Counted from the first letter of the stretch, positions 1-8,118 are shown. The stretch: 18,622 nt of DNA from Gemmatimonadota bacterium (GCA_031372565.1 JANMLN010000049.1:1-18622), one strand, 5' to 3'. A program made the numbers and translations. Notes: a model not told the origin generated them from the sequence alone.

Positions 1-74
1 CGCTCTTGCATTCGCCGGACGGCCTCGCGCTTGAACTCCGCGCTATAGACCCGGCGCACTCGCTTGCTGGACAT
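1..74 (-). CDS. IS3-family transposase OrfA, N-terminus (partial; not in the ORF track)
   Basis: ATG at 74 translates MSSKRVRRVYSAEFKREAVRRMQE..., the R-x-Y-S-x-E-F-K-x-E-A-V start of IS3 OrfA HTH proteins. GGAGG lies 6 nt upstream. Confidence 0.88.
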   Translation of the reverse strand, partial: MSSKRVRRVYSAEFKREAVRRMQE

Positions 75-140
75 CGGACACCTCCGTGCCCCAACCTGTG
101 GCGGGGGCGGTTAGGTGTCCACTAAACACGGGCAAGTCCA
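1..140 (-). mobile_element. IS3-family insertion sequence, left end (continues beyond the window start)
   Basis: Minus strand from 140 reads TGGACTTGCCCGTGTTTAGTGGACACC, a TG-starting terminus resembling IS3-family inverted repeats. It is followed by a GGAGG RBS and an OrfA-like start. Amidase similarity stops at this point. Confidence 0.88.
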
Positions 141-1257
141 ACCGGCTTTGCAGTTCAAAGGCCTGCATCAGCTTCTTCACAGAAGTCGGGCCCACAATCT
201 TTCGCTGCATCGGAAGATTATTCAGTGTGCCTTTTGAGAACAGATGACCGATGGCGCGCTTCACGTTCGACATGTCGTAATTGCCTTGTGCCCCCACGAA
301 ACTGCCCCACGTCTCCCAGATTTCGTTGTAGTCTAGTCCTTGCGGTTCAAGCTTGTGGACGGTGGCACCCGCTTGAGCCAATGTCTTCACATAGGCGTGC
401 AGTCTGTCCTTGATCTCTGCACTCACCGGAACCCCACCGAAGTTGTCCGTCCATGCAATCTTCAGTTTTGAGATGCCGACGTTGCCGCCCGTATCAGCAA
501 GCAGCGGCGCGACATTTCTGTCACTGGATGTTGGTTGTGTGAGTACGTCCAACGCCAACGCCAGATCATCAATCGACCGCGCCAGCGGCCCGGCAACGGC
601 CAGCGTACGGTAGCCATTGATCTCCCCGGGGAGCGGCACGATATGTCCTTCAAACGACACCACGCCATGCGTCGGCTTCAATCCGTACACGCCGCAAAAA
701 CTTGCAGGCAGACGAATCGAGCCCGCCAGGTCACTGCCCAGCGAAAGCGATGTCATGCCCGTGGCCAGCGCCGTGGCGCATCCACCACTGGAGCCGGCCG
801 GTGTGCGTTCAACGTCCCACGGATTGTTGGTCTTGCCAAATATCGGATTGACCGTCTGCATGTCCATGGCCAAGGTGGGCGTGTTGGTCCTGCCAACAAT
901 GATTGCGCCGGCCTGTTTCAGCAGCCGGACCGCCACCGCATCGGTATCGGGGATGTGATCCTTCAGCGGGAGGTAACCCGCCGTGGTGCGCGAGCCCTTG
1001 ACGCGATAGGTGTCCTTGATCGTGATCGGAACCCCATGCAGCGGACCACAAGGTTTGCCATTGCGCATGGCGTGATCTGCCTGGTCTGCCTGGGCGAGCG
1101 CCTCTGCCTCGTGGAGAGTCACGATGGCGTTGTACGTGGGGTTCTGCTTTCGTATTTGCGTGAAACATGCCTCTACCACGTGCCGAGAATTCGTCTCACC
1201 GGCGCGGATCATGTCGGCGAGCGTGCTGGCTGGAAGGAAATTGAGGGATGATTTCAT
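43..1257 (-). pseudogene. Amidase-signature family enzyme, 3'-truncated by the IS3 insertion
   Basis: Start MKSSLNF at 1257 with a GGAGA RBS. Motifs PLHGVPITIKD (Lys), GSSGG and GSDLAGSIRLPAS form the Ser-cisSer-Lys triad. Native sequence ends near 141 (~372 codons); the last ~32 aa are read from IS DNA and the usual C-terminal GLPxGxQ region is missing. Confidence 0.85.
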
Positions 1258-1623
1258 GGTCTCTCCATTGAGACAGCCTGGAATGTGGGTTGAACTGAAG
1301 GCAGCGCTGCGATATGCGGCACACGTTCGCATCACCTCCAGTGCTGTACTCGACATGACACTCCGTTGGGGTGATGGACGGAGAGTACGGGGTGCGGCCG
1401 GGGGCGCCGATGACCGCACGCGCCAGTAAATTGACCTCAGGCGCCCATCACCCACCGAGTGACCCTCGGTGGACGGGCAACGCGCCGCATACGTTCCGTC
1501 GGGAGGCGCGGCGTGGCCGGTCGATAGGCCAGTGACCTGCCTCGGTCGGGACCGGGAACGCACGCCGGCTCGTGCACACCAACGCGTCGCGGACCGTCAC
1601 GCGATGAGGAAGGAGACGTTCGC

Positions 1624-2925
1624 ATGCGCGTCACAGCCGACACGGCCCCCCACGCCGCGAGATGCATGGCGTGTGCGCTCCCGCTGATCGCGGCATTGGC
1701 CGGCTGCACCGCTGACGCGCCGCGCGCGCGCATGGACGGTGCCACGGCCACCACCACCGGCCTCAGCGCGCCGTTCGTGGTCCCGACGGTGACGCTCGTA
1801 CCGACGGACACGGTGCGCGTGACGAGCCCGGTCGGCAGCGATTGCAATCGACCGTCGTGGTGGGTGGCCGACACGCTCTTCCAGATGGTCTCGAACCAGC
1901 ATCCGTGGCGCAGTCGAGGCGGGCGCGACGCGGCGTCGGCGCAACCGTTCGAACCGATGCGGTTCCTCGACGACGACCCCCGCTTCCGGTGGGACCCCGC
2001 TCGCCGATGGTACGCGCACGACATCAACGCCAAGGACGGCCCCACGGGAACGCGCATGCGGTGGATGGAGTCGGTGTATCGCCATCCGCAGAGCGGCGTG
2101 CTGACCGGCCTCTATCATCTCGAGGAAGGCCCGTATGTGCAGTGCCCCGCGCCGAATGAACGCCCGTATCTCTCGGTGCCGCACATCGGGCTCGCGCGCT
2201 CGCGGGACAACGGCCGCTCGTGGGAGAACCTCGGCATCATCATCAGCGACGGCAGCTTTGCCATCTCGTGCGACAGCCCGGTCCGCTTCTTCGCCGGCGG
2301 TGTCGGCGACCCGAGCATGGCGGTCGGCCCCGACAGCGTGCACGCCTACATCGCCTTCACCGACTACACGGGTGATGACCCGACGTCGCAAGGGATTCAG
2401 CTGGCGCGCATCGCCCTCGCCGACCTCGATGCGCCGCTCAACGCCGATGGCACCAGCAAGGCGATGCGCTGGCACAACGGGGCGTGGCAAGGCCCTGGTC
2501 TGCAGGGCACGCCGGGGCCGCGCGTTGGGCAACGTTGGGAGCCGGCGAAGCTTGCTCAGGCGACTCCGCTGCTGCCCCCGGCGCGCTCGTGGCTGCGCGC
2601 CGATGGCGGAGGTTACTGGGGTCCGTCGCTTTCGTGGAACACGCACGTGGGTGCCTTCATGCTGCTGCTGAACAAGGTGTCCGGCGCCAAGGCCTTTGAC
2701 GCCGACGGCAACTACCTCACCTTCGTGCCACGCATGGCAGCGCCCGCTCCGGTGCCCGCCACGCCGATCCGTCTCGACACACTGCCCGGTGGACCGGCGC
2801 CCGCATGGTACGTGCAGGCACTCGGCGATCCGCGCTCGAAGGGCACCAGCTCACTCACCGGGCAGGACGCGCGCCTGTTTCTCGGAGAGCATTCACACCT
2901 GCTCCTTCGATTCGGACACCCGTGA
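1624..2925 (+). CDS. Lipoprotein with Asp-box, predicted glycoside-hydrolase-like beta-propeller
   Basis: AGGAG RBS before ATG 1624; lipobox LAGC after hydrophobic LPLIAA; Asp-box SRDNGRSW; GDPS and YWGPSLSWN blade-like motifs; 433 aa. Confidence 0.7.
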   Translation: MRVTADTAPHAARCMACALPLIAALAGCTADAPRARMDGATATTTGLSAPFVVPTVTLVPTDTVRVTSPVGSDCNRPSWWVADTLFQMVSNQHPWRSRGGRDAASAQPFEPMRFLDDDPRFRWDPARRWYAHDINAKDGPTGTRMRWMESVYRHPQSGVLTGLYHLEEGPYVQCPAPNERPYLSVPHIGLARSRDNGRSWENLGIIISDGSFAISCDSPVRFFAGGVGDPSMAVGPDSVHAYIAFTDYTGDDPTSQGIQLARIALADLDAPLNADGTSKAMRWHNGAWQGPGLQGTPGPRVGQRWEPAKLAQATPLLPPARSWLRADGGGYWGPSLSWNTHVGAFMLLLNKVSGAKAFDADGNYLTFVPRMAAPAPVPATPIRLDTLPGGPAPAWYVQALGDPRSKGTSSLTGQDARLFLGEHSHLLLRFGHP

Positions 2926-3178
2926 GCGAACCGAGCCGGCCCCTGCGCGCACTGGCCGAGGTGGCGCCAGGGGTGGTGCCTGGCGTCGTGGCGGCCACCA
3001 GCACCATCTGGCGGCCGATGGACGTCGTCCATCCGCACCACCCCTTCGACGACAGCATCCAGAGCGGCTGGCGCGAGCGCAACGCTGCGTGCGGCAGACA
3101 CCAGCGTCCGGCGAACGCGTTGACACTCGTGCCATGGTACCCGCGTAGTGACATCCACACGCTTCTCATGGAGAGTGA

Positions 3179-3628
3179 ATGCCACCGAGAGTACTCAGCA
3201 CCGGTCTTCTCGCCGGCCTCGCGATGAATGTGTTCGGCTGGCTGGGAAACCAGTTGTGGCTCGGGCGCGAGTGGGACGCCGCCATCGCGCGATCGCCATT
3301 CGCAGTGGCGCGAACGCGGACAATCTTTCACGAGGTGGGTAGTCTCGCGCCCGACTTTGTTTACGGTCTCGCGCTCGCGTGGTTGTTCGTGATACTCGCG
3401 CGAGCTTTCGGGCCGTCGCGACTCCTCGCATATGCGGCCGCCGTCTCCCTCTGGCTCGTAGCCATCGCGACACCATTGCTTGGCACGGCCAATGCCAGCC
3501 TCGTTCCGTGGCGGGTGACGCTCCTGACGCTGGCGTTGGCGCTCGGAATCATGCTTCCCGTGAGCGAGTTCATCTGGCGACGGCTTGGGGCCCCGCGCAG
3601 CCCGACATCCGCAAGCGCTGGCACGTGA
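3179..3628 (+). CDS. Small integral membrane protein, function unknown (~4 TM)
   Basis: GGAGAG RBS; 149 aa with four hydrophobic segments. Confidence 0.72.
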   Translation: MPPRVLSTGLLAGLAMNVFGWLGNQLWLGREWDAAIARSPFAVARTRTIFHEVGSLAPDFVYGLALAWLFVILARAFGPSRLLAYAAAVSLWLVAIATPLLGTANASLVPWRVTLLTLALALGIMLPVSEFIWRRLGAPRSPTSASAGT

Positions 3629-3685
3629 CCGATGATTGGAGCATCCAGCCGCATCGTACGCTTACCTCGACACCGCGACCATTCG

Positions 3686-4300
3686 ATGCCAACGCCAAAG
3701 AAACGATCGCTGACGCTCCATTCGCGGCCCGCCTCGACGCTCGGGGTCCTCGTGCTTCGCGTGAGCATTCGCGACATCGAACCGCCCGTCTGGCGCGAGC
3801 TGTCCGTCCCTGACACCTACACGCTCGCGCAGTTGCATCGCGTATTGCAGTGCGTGTTCGCGTGGATGGACTATCATCTGCACGACTTCCGGGTTGGCCG
3901 CACGCGCTTCGTCCCTGCCGTGAACGAGATGCCGGGCACCGACACGGCGGCCACCACGCTCGCCTCGCTGGGACTGAAGCGCGGCTCACGGTTCGTCTAT
4001 ACCTACGACTATGGCGACGAGTGGGAGCACGACATCGACGTCGTGCGCATGGCGCGGGAGCCCATCGACCCGCGTGCCATCCCGATGCCGCGCGTGCTCG
4101 ATGGGCAGCGCGCCGCGCCACCGGAGGACTGCGGGGGCCCGACAGGATACGCGAGGCTCCTCGACGCGCTCGAAGATCCCACGAATCCCGACCACGCCCA
4201 AGCGCGCCAGTGGGTGCCGCGCGGCTTTGCCCCCGCCGTCTTCGACTTGCCCGCGGCTGATCACGCCATCGTCCTGACATGTGCGTGGGGTGCGATCTAA
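3686..4300 (+). CDS. Plasmid pRiA4b ORF-3 family protein
   Basis: Family motifs LRVSIRDIEPPVWR, TLAQLHRVLQ..FAWMDYHLHDF, YTYDYGDEWEH and AAPPEDCGG. Start is uncertain (3632 or 3686). Confidence 0.9.
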   Translation: MPTPKKRSLTLHSRPASTLGVLVLRVSIRDIEPPVWRELSVPDTYTLAQLHRVLQCVFAWMDYHLHDFRVGRTRFVPAVNEMPGTDTAATTLASLGLKRGSRFVYTYDYGDEWEHDIDVVRMAREPIDPRAIPMPRVLDGQRAAPPEDCGGPTGYARLLDALEDPTNPDHAQARQWVPRGFAPAVFDLPAADHAIVLTCAWGAI

Positions 4301-4345
4301 CGACGCGTCGGGTCTGACGGTCGCGTTCACGAAGCAGGCGAGCGG

Positions 4346-4675
4346 CTAGAGCGCCAACCGCGTGAGGCGCGGCCGCAACCACTCGACGAGTTGCGGTTCC
4401 TTCATCGAGCCGGCGGCGAGCGCGACCATCACCTGCACGACCTCCGTCTCGCTCGCTTCGAGGTCCTTCCCGTTCAGCCCGAGGAAGATCACCGCGGTCA
4501 AGAACGCGATGCGCTTGATCCCGTCGTTGAACGCGTGCGCCTTCGTCAACCCGAACGCGTAGGCCGCCGCGAGCGTCGCCAGATCGGTGTCGGGCTCGTA
4601 GTGCCACTTCTGTCGCGGGCGAGCCAGCGCCTCTCGCCCGAACGGGGTGAGACGTGCCAACTTGTGGATGTTCAT
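4346..4675 (-). pseudogene. doc: Chimeric ORF: IS481 transposase N-terminus fused to the C-terminal part of a Doc (death-on-curing, Fic superfamily) toxin
   Basis: MNIHKLARLTPFGRE is IS481-like. ALARP..WHY..DLATLAAAYAFGLTKAHAFNDGIKRIAFL..FLGLNG is Doc-like. The Doc motif HxFxDGNKR carries N->I. No antitoxin gene lies upstream. Confidence 0.85.
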
Positions 4676-4761
4676 GGGGGCTCTGATGGTTGAGAGTGAT
4701 GGACTCGACAACCTCAGCTTGCAGCCATTATCCCCTGTGAACAACCTCCTTGTCATTTACA
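4619..4761 (-). mobile_element. IS481-family left-end remnant
   Basis: Minus strand reads gCTAGg|TGTAAATGACAAGGAGGTTGTTCACA: a TGT terminus with internal AGGTTGT, flanked by an NCTAGN site (4762-4767) as known for IS481. The transposase start MNIHKLARLTP begins 86 nt inside. Confidence 0.85.
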
Positions 4762-4994
4762 CCTAGCGGTGCTCGCTGCTCTCCCTGTCCAGGGTCGTGA
4801 AGCGGGCGGTCATCGCAGTCGTCGCGTTCCTCGGCGATGGGCGAATCGGCGCATCGAGCGTGTGATCGAGAGACAGGAGGCTGATCAACGAATGATGGGA
4901 TAGACCGCGCGCACGTCGCGCGGGAAGGGCTGACGAGCATCTTCCGCCGACCCGCCCGCGCGTCCGTCGAATGTTCGCCGTGCCTCTCGTGCCT

Positions 4995-5480
4995 CTACCG
5001 CGCGTCCTTGTCCGTCGTCGCAGCGCCCGGTGTCGTCGCGGCGCCGGCGCCGAGTTCCGGATGCCGGATGAACCCGCCCAGGTGTGCGGCCCATCCCATG
5101 CCACCGGCCACGCCCACGGTTCCCACGAGGAGCAGCACCGCCACCCCGTTGGGCACCGCGCGCTTGCGCTCGACCAGCAGCGCGCCGAGCGACAGCACCG
5201 CCAGGATGCCGGACGCGATCAATGCCGCCTCCGCTGCCTCTTCATGGTCGTGGATCAGGCTCTTCTGGATCCCCGGCAGCTCTTCCACGACCTCCTCGGC
5301 CGGTTCTCCGGTGAGGAAGGCCGCGCCGGCCGCCAGTCCGCACCCCACCAGCATCACAAGGGCGGTGCGACGTACGGCATCGTGCTTGAGCACGAGGGCC
5401 GTGGCCAGCACGGCCGCCGCAATGAGGGTGCCCATGACGGGCAGGTGGTTCAGGGCGAGGTGCAGTTGGGCGCCGTTCAT
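4995..5480 (-). CDS. DUF2231-like 4-TM membrane protein with conserved histidines (possible heme/metal binding)
   Basis: GGAGAG RBS; MNGAQLHLALNHLPVMG, TGEPAEE, IHDHEEAA and AAHLGGFIRHPE pattern; 161 aa. Confidence 0.75.
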   Translation of the reverse strand: MNGAQLHLALNHLPVMGTLIAAAVLATALVLKHDAVRRTALVMLVGCGLAAGAAFLTGEPAEEVVEELPGIQKSLIHDHEEAAEAALIASGILAVLSLGALLVERKRAVPNGVAVLLLVGTVGVAGGMGWAAHLGGFIRHPELGAGAATTPGAATTDKDAR

Positions 5481-5507
5481 GGTGCTCTCCGGTTGGGTGC
5501 TCCCTGC

Positions 5508-5540
5508 ATGGTAGCCGCGCCGGATGAACGGGCAATGAAC
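5508..5540 (-). promoter_or_regulatory. Promoter with an OmpR/PhoB-family direct-repeat box
   Basis: Minus strand GTTCAT-tgccc-GTTCAT (11-bp period, 5540-5524), then exactly 10 bp, then -10 TACCAT (5513-5508), upstream of the ATG at 5480. Confidence 0.65.
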
Positions 5541-5621
5541 CCGATGCGCTAGTCCACTTGGCCGATGGCATCGCGTGCGTTCCGCGCGCGATCTTCCGAA
5601 GCGCCGCCTCTTCCCGACGCC

Positions 5622-5765
5622 ATGCACCTCGACCTCGTGGACCATCTCCGCTGTCCGCGTCCGCACGCCACCTCTTCCGGTGGCGTGGCGCTGGTGTGCG
5701 TGCCCACGCGGCTCGCGGGGAGCGAGCTGCACGAGGCGATGCTCGGATGCTCGGATGTCCGGTGA
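5622..5765 (+). pseudogene. Trm112-like domain gene fragment, frameshifted and truncated
   Basis: MHLDLVDHLRCPRPHA...LHEAMLGC. Removing one copy of the tandem GATGCTCG (5738-5753) restores MLGCPV, the second Cys knuckle typical of Trm112-like domains. Confidence 0.5.
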
Positions 5766-5792
5766 GCCTACCGCGCGATCGCCGATCTCCCA

Positions 5793-5930
5793 ATGACCGA
5801 CATCAAGGGGGAGCGTCTGTCAACTCGAACATGTCCCGACTGTTGACAGGGGTTCGTTGTCGCTCGCACAGGGCCCTACGGCGACCTTCTCGGCTGCGGC
5901 ACCCATCCGGGTGCACCTACACGGAGAAGG
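5793..5930 (+). pseudogene. Topoisomerase-type C4 zinc-ribbon domain remnant
   Basis: Hand translation from ATG 5793: ...RTCPDC*QGFVVARTGPYGDLLGCGTHP, then after a 1-nt shift CTYTEK. This matches CPxC-G-L-x-R-x-G-x-YG-x-FxGC-xx-YPxC-x-YT. Stop at 5844-5846, frameshift near 5910. Confidence 0.7.
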
Positions 5931-6053
5931 CGTCGCGGATGAAGCCGGTCTCCAGCACGGAGCTACGCAGGGCGACGAGTCAGCGCTGGAGCTCGCTGCG
6001 TTTCGTGGCGAAGAGGTGCACGGCGCCCGGCGCGGCCACGCGCGTCGCGATCG

Positions 6054-7730
6054 TCACCCACGCTCGGGCGCGGGCCGTGAGGACTCGAGCGCGTCCACGC
6101 GCCGTTCAAGTTCGTCCACCCGCCCAGTGAGATCGGCCGTCGCGGGCGTGCTGCGCGCGATCTCGGCCGCAGGATCCGGGCGCGGTCGCTCGGCGAGGGG
6201 CGAAGCGGCCGGCTTCGGAGGCGACGTCGTGTCCGCTCGCGAGCTCACCCCGGCCGTGCCCTGACTCCCTCCCGCGTTGCGCTCGGCGAGAGCGAAGACC
6301 ATGCGGCCCGGGACGCCGAGCCAGAAGGCGCGGAAGAAGCGCTCGCCCGGCGGCATCCGGAACGGGCTGCGCAAGGCGAGCACCAGCGACACGCCCACGA
6401 GCGCCAGCCCCGAGAAGAGCAGCGAGACCGCAAGCGGCGGCATTCGATGGCCGCCGAGCCCGTTCGGCGCGCGCATTGACAGGGCGAGCGCGACGAGGCC
6501 GGCGGCCACCGCCAACTGGATCGCCACCTGCCGAACGGTGCGTCGCCGTCGCGCGCGAAGGGCCGCGTCGAGCTTCCGGGCCTCGCGCAGGCTGAGCGCC
6601 TCGTCCATGATGGCGAGCAGGCCGCGCCGCAGATCCGCGCTCGAGTACCCGTCCCGCATGACGCGCGAGACCTCGATGACGACCTGAACCACCCGGGTGA
6701 CGACCACCGCGAACAGCAGCACCAGCGGCACGAGGTTGTCGAGGTGCTCGAACCCTTCCTCATTGGCCCGCGCGAGCATGAAGAACCCGAGCAGCCCGGC
6801 AAACAAGAGCACCTGCACCACCGCGCCCAGTTCGAGCGCGAGCAATCGCAAGGGGACGGGAAGTTCGGGCGCCGCCTGCTGCGCGGCTTCGAGCGCCTCG
6901 GCCAGCGCGCCGCCGTCGGGGAAGCGCGCGGCCGGATCCTTCGCCACACACCGATCCACCGTGGACGTCAGCGCCGCCGGCAAGTCAGGACGCGCGCTCG
7001 CGATGGGCGGCAGCGTCTCCGTGATGTGCTTGACGAGCACCTTCTGGGTCGAATCCGCGGTGACGGCCGTGGTGCCGGTGAGCGCGAACCAGGCCACGAG
7101 TCCCAGGGAGTAGAGGTCGCTCCGCCCATCCACGTCGTCGCCGCTGGCCTGTTCGGGGCTCATGTACTCGGGAGTCCCCACCACCTCGCCCACGCGAGTG
7201 AGGCCGGCGCGGCCGGCGACGGGCGCGGCATCGATCCGTCGCGAGATCCCGAAGTCCATCACGAGTGCGCGGCCGGTGGCCCGCTCGATCATGATGTTGT
7301 CGGGCTTGATGTCGCGGTGCACCACGCCGCGCCCGTGGGCGTACGAGAGCGCGTAGGCGACATCGAGCATGAGCCGAACGGCCTCGCGCGCGCCGAGCGG
7401 CCCGGTGCGCTGCACGCGCTCGGCGAGACTCTCTCCTTCCACGAACCCCATGGCGAAGGCCAGCAGGTCGCCGCGCTCCTCGACGGCGTGCACGGGCACG
7501 ATGTTCGGGTGCGAGAAGGACGCGGCGGTTCGTGTCTCGCGCAGGAATCGCTCGCGGAGGTCCCGGTCGCCGGCGAACGACGGCGGCAGCACCTTGAGGG
7601 CGACCAGCCAGTCCAGGCCGAGTTCCCGGGCGAGGTAGACGGCCCCCATGCCGCCGCGGCCGAGCTCCCGCTCGATCGTGTAGCGGTCGCGGAGCTGGTC
7701 GCGCAGGGTGGCGAGGTCGGCAGCGGACAT
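6054..7730 (-). CDS. Hanks-type Ser/Thr protein kinase with a C-terminal multi-pass membrane domain
   Basis: LGRGGMGAVY, VALK, HRDIKPDN, DFG and GTPEYMSPE are all present. About 4 hydrophobic segments and a terminal coiled-coil (RVDELERRVDALE) follow. Likely start MSAADL at 7730. Confidence 0.93.
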   Translation of the reverse strand: MSAADLATLRDQLRDRYTIERELGRGGMGAVYLARELGLDWLVALKVLPPSFAGDRDLRERFLRETRTAASFSHPNIVPVHAVEERGDLLAFAMGFVEGESLAERVQRTGPLGAREAVRLMLDVAYALSYAHGRGVVHRDIKPDNIMIERATGRALVMDFGISRRIDAAPVAGRAGLTRVGEVVGTPEYMSPEQASGDDVDGRSDLYSLGLVAWFALTGTTAVTADSTQKVLVKHITETLPPIASARPDLPAALTSTVDRCVAKDPAARFPDGGALAEALEAAQQAAPELPVPLRLLALELGAVVQVLLFAGLLGFFMLARANEEGFEHLDNLVPLVLLFAVVVTRVVQVVIEVSRVMRDGYSSADLRRGLLAIMDEALSLREARKLDAALRARRRRTVRQVAIQLAVAAGLVALALSMRAPNGLGGHRMPPLAVSLLFSGLALVGVSLVLALRSPFRMPPGERFFRAFWLGVPGRMVFALAERNAGGSQGTAGVSSRADTTSPPKPAASPLAERPRPDPAAEIARSTPATADLTGRVDELERRVDALESSRPAPERG

Positions 7731-8118
7731 GACTCGGGGAAGTGAACGCGCTGTGCCGGGGCTGTCCAGCACTCCATCGGGCTGCCGGGCGCGAAGATCG
7801 CCGCCTGTGCTGTTCGGCTCAGCCGATCGCGACGAGCCCCGTGGCGAGGCCCGGCGGCAGGGCGATGGGGAGTACCAGCGCGTGGCGGGCGGCGTGCTTT
7901 CGATCTCGCGCGGGCACCGTGAGCGCCGCGGGCACTTTGGTCGCGGTCGACCGGCACGACGTGCACGGTGAGAACCGTGGACCCGGTTCCCACCAGCTGC
8001 CACACTTCCCCCGCTTCGGGTATGGTGCCGGGGGTCGCGTCGCGTCGTGACATGGGCGGGCAAGATGACCGGAGCCGCCCGTGAGGGCGAAGTGGTCGTG
8101 GAAATCGGCGTCGCGCGG

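Noticed and set aside
1258..1563. 102-aa N-terminal extension of the amidase ORF in the track
   Set aside because: Not amidase-like; a good RBS and ATG at 1257 mark the real start.
4345..4767. CTAG at both ends of the IS481::doc chimera as a target-site duplication of a mobile mini-element
   Set aside because: The 6-mers differ (GCTAGA vs CCTAGC), no right inverted repeat is visible, and the left CTAG is simply the doc stop codon.
5844..5846. In-frame TGA next to CPDC as possible selenocysteine
   Set aside because: It falls after the second Cys, not at a Cys position, and a separate frameshift shows the gene is decayed.
7731..8063. N-terminal extension of the minus-strand kinase ORF (and the similar 11295-11429 extension of the reductase)
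   Set aside because: Arg/Pro-rich read-through typical of high-GC non-coding frames; family similarity begins at the downstream ATG.
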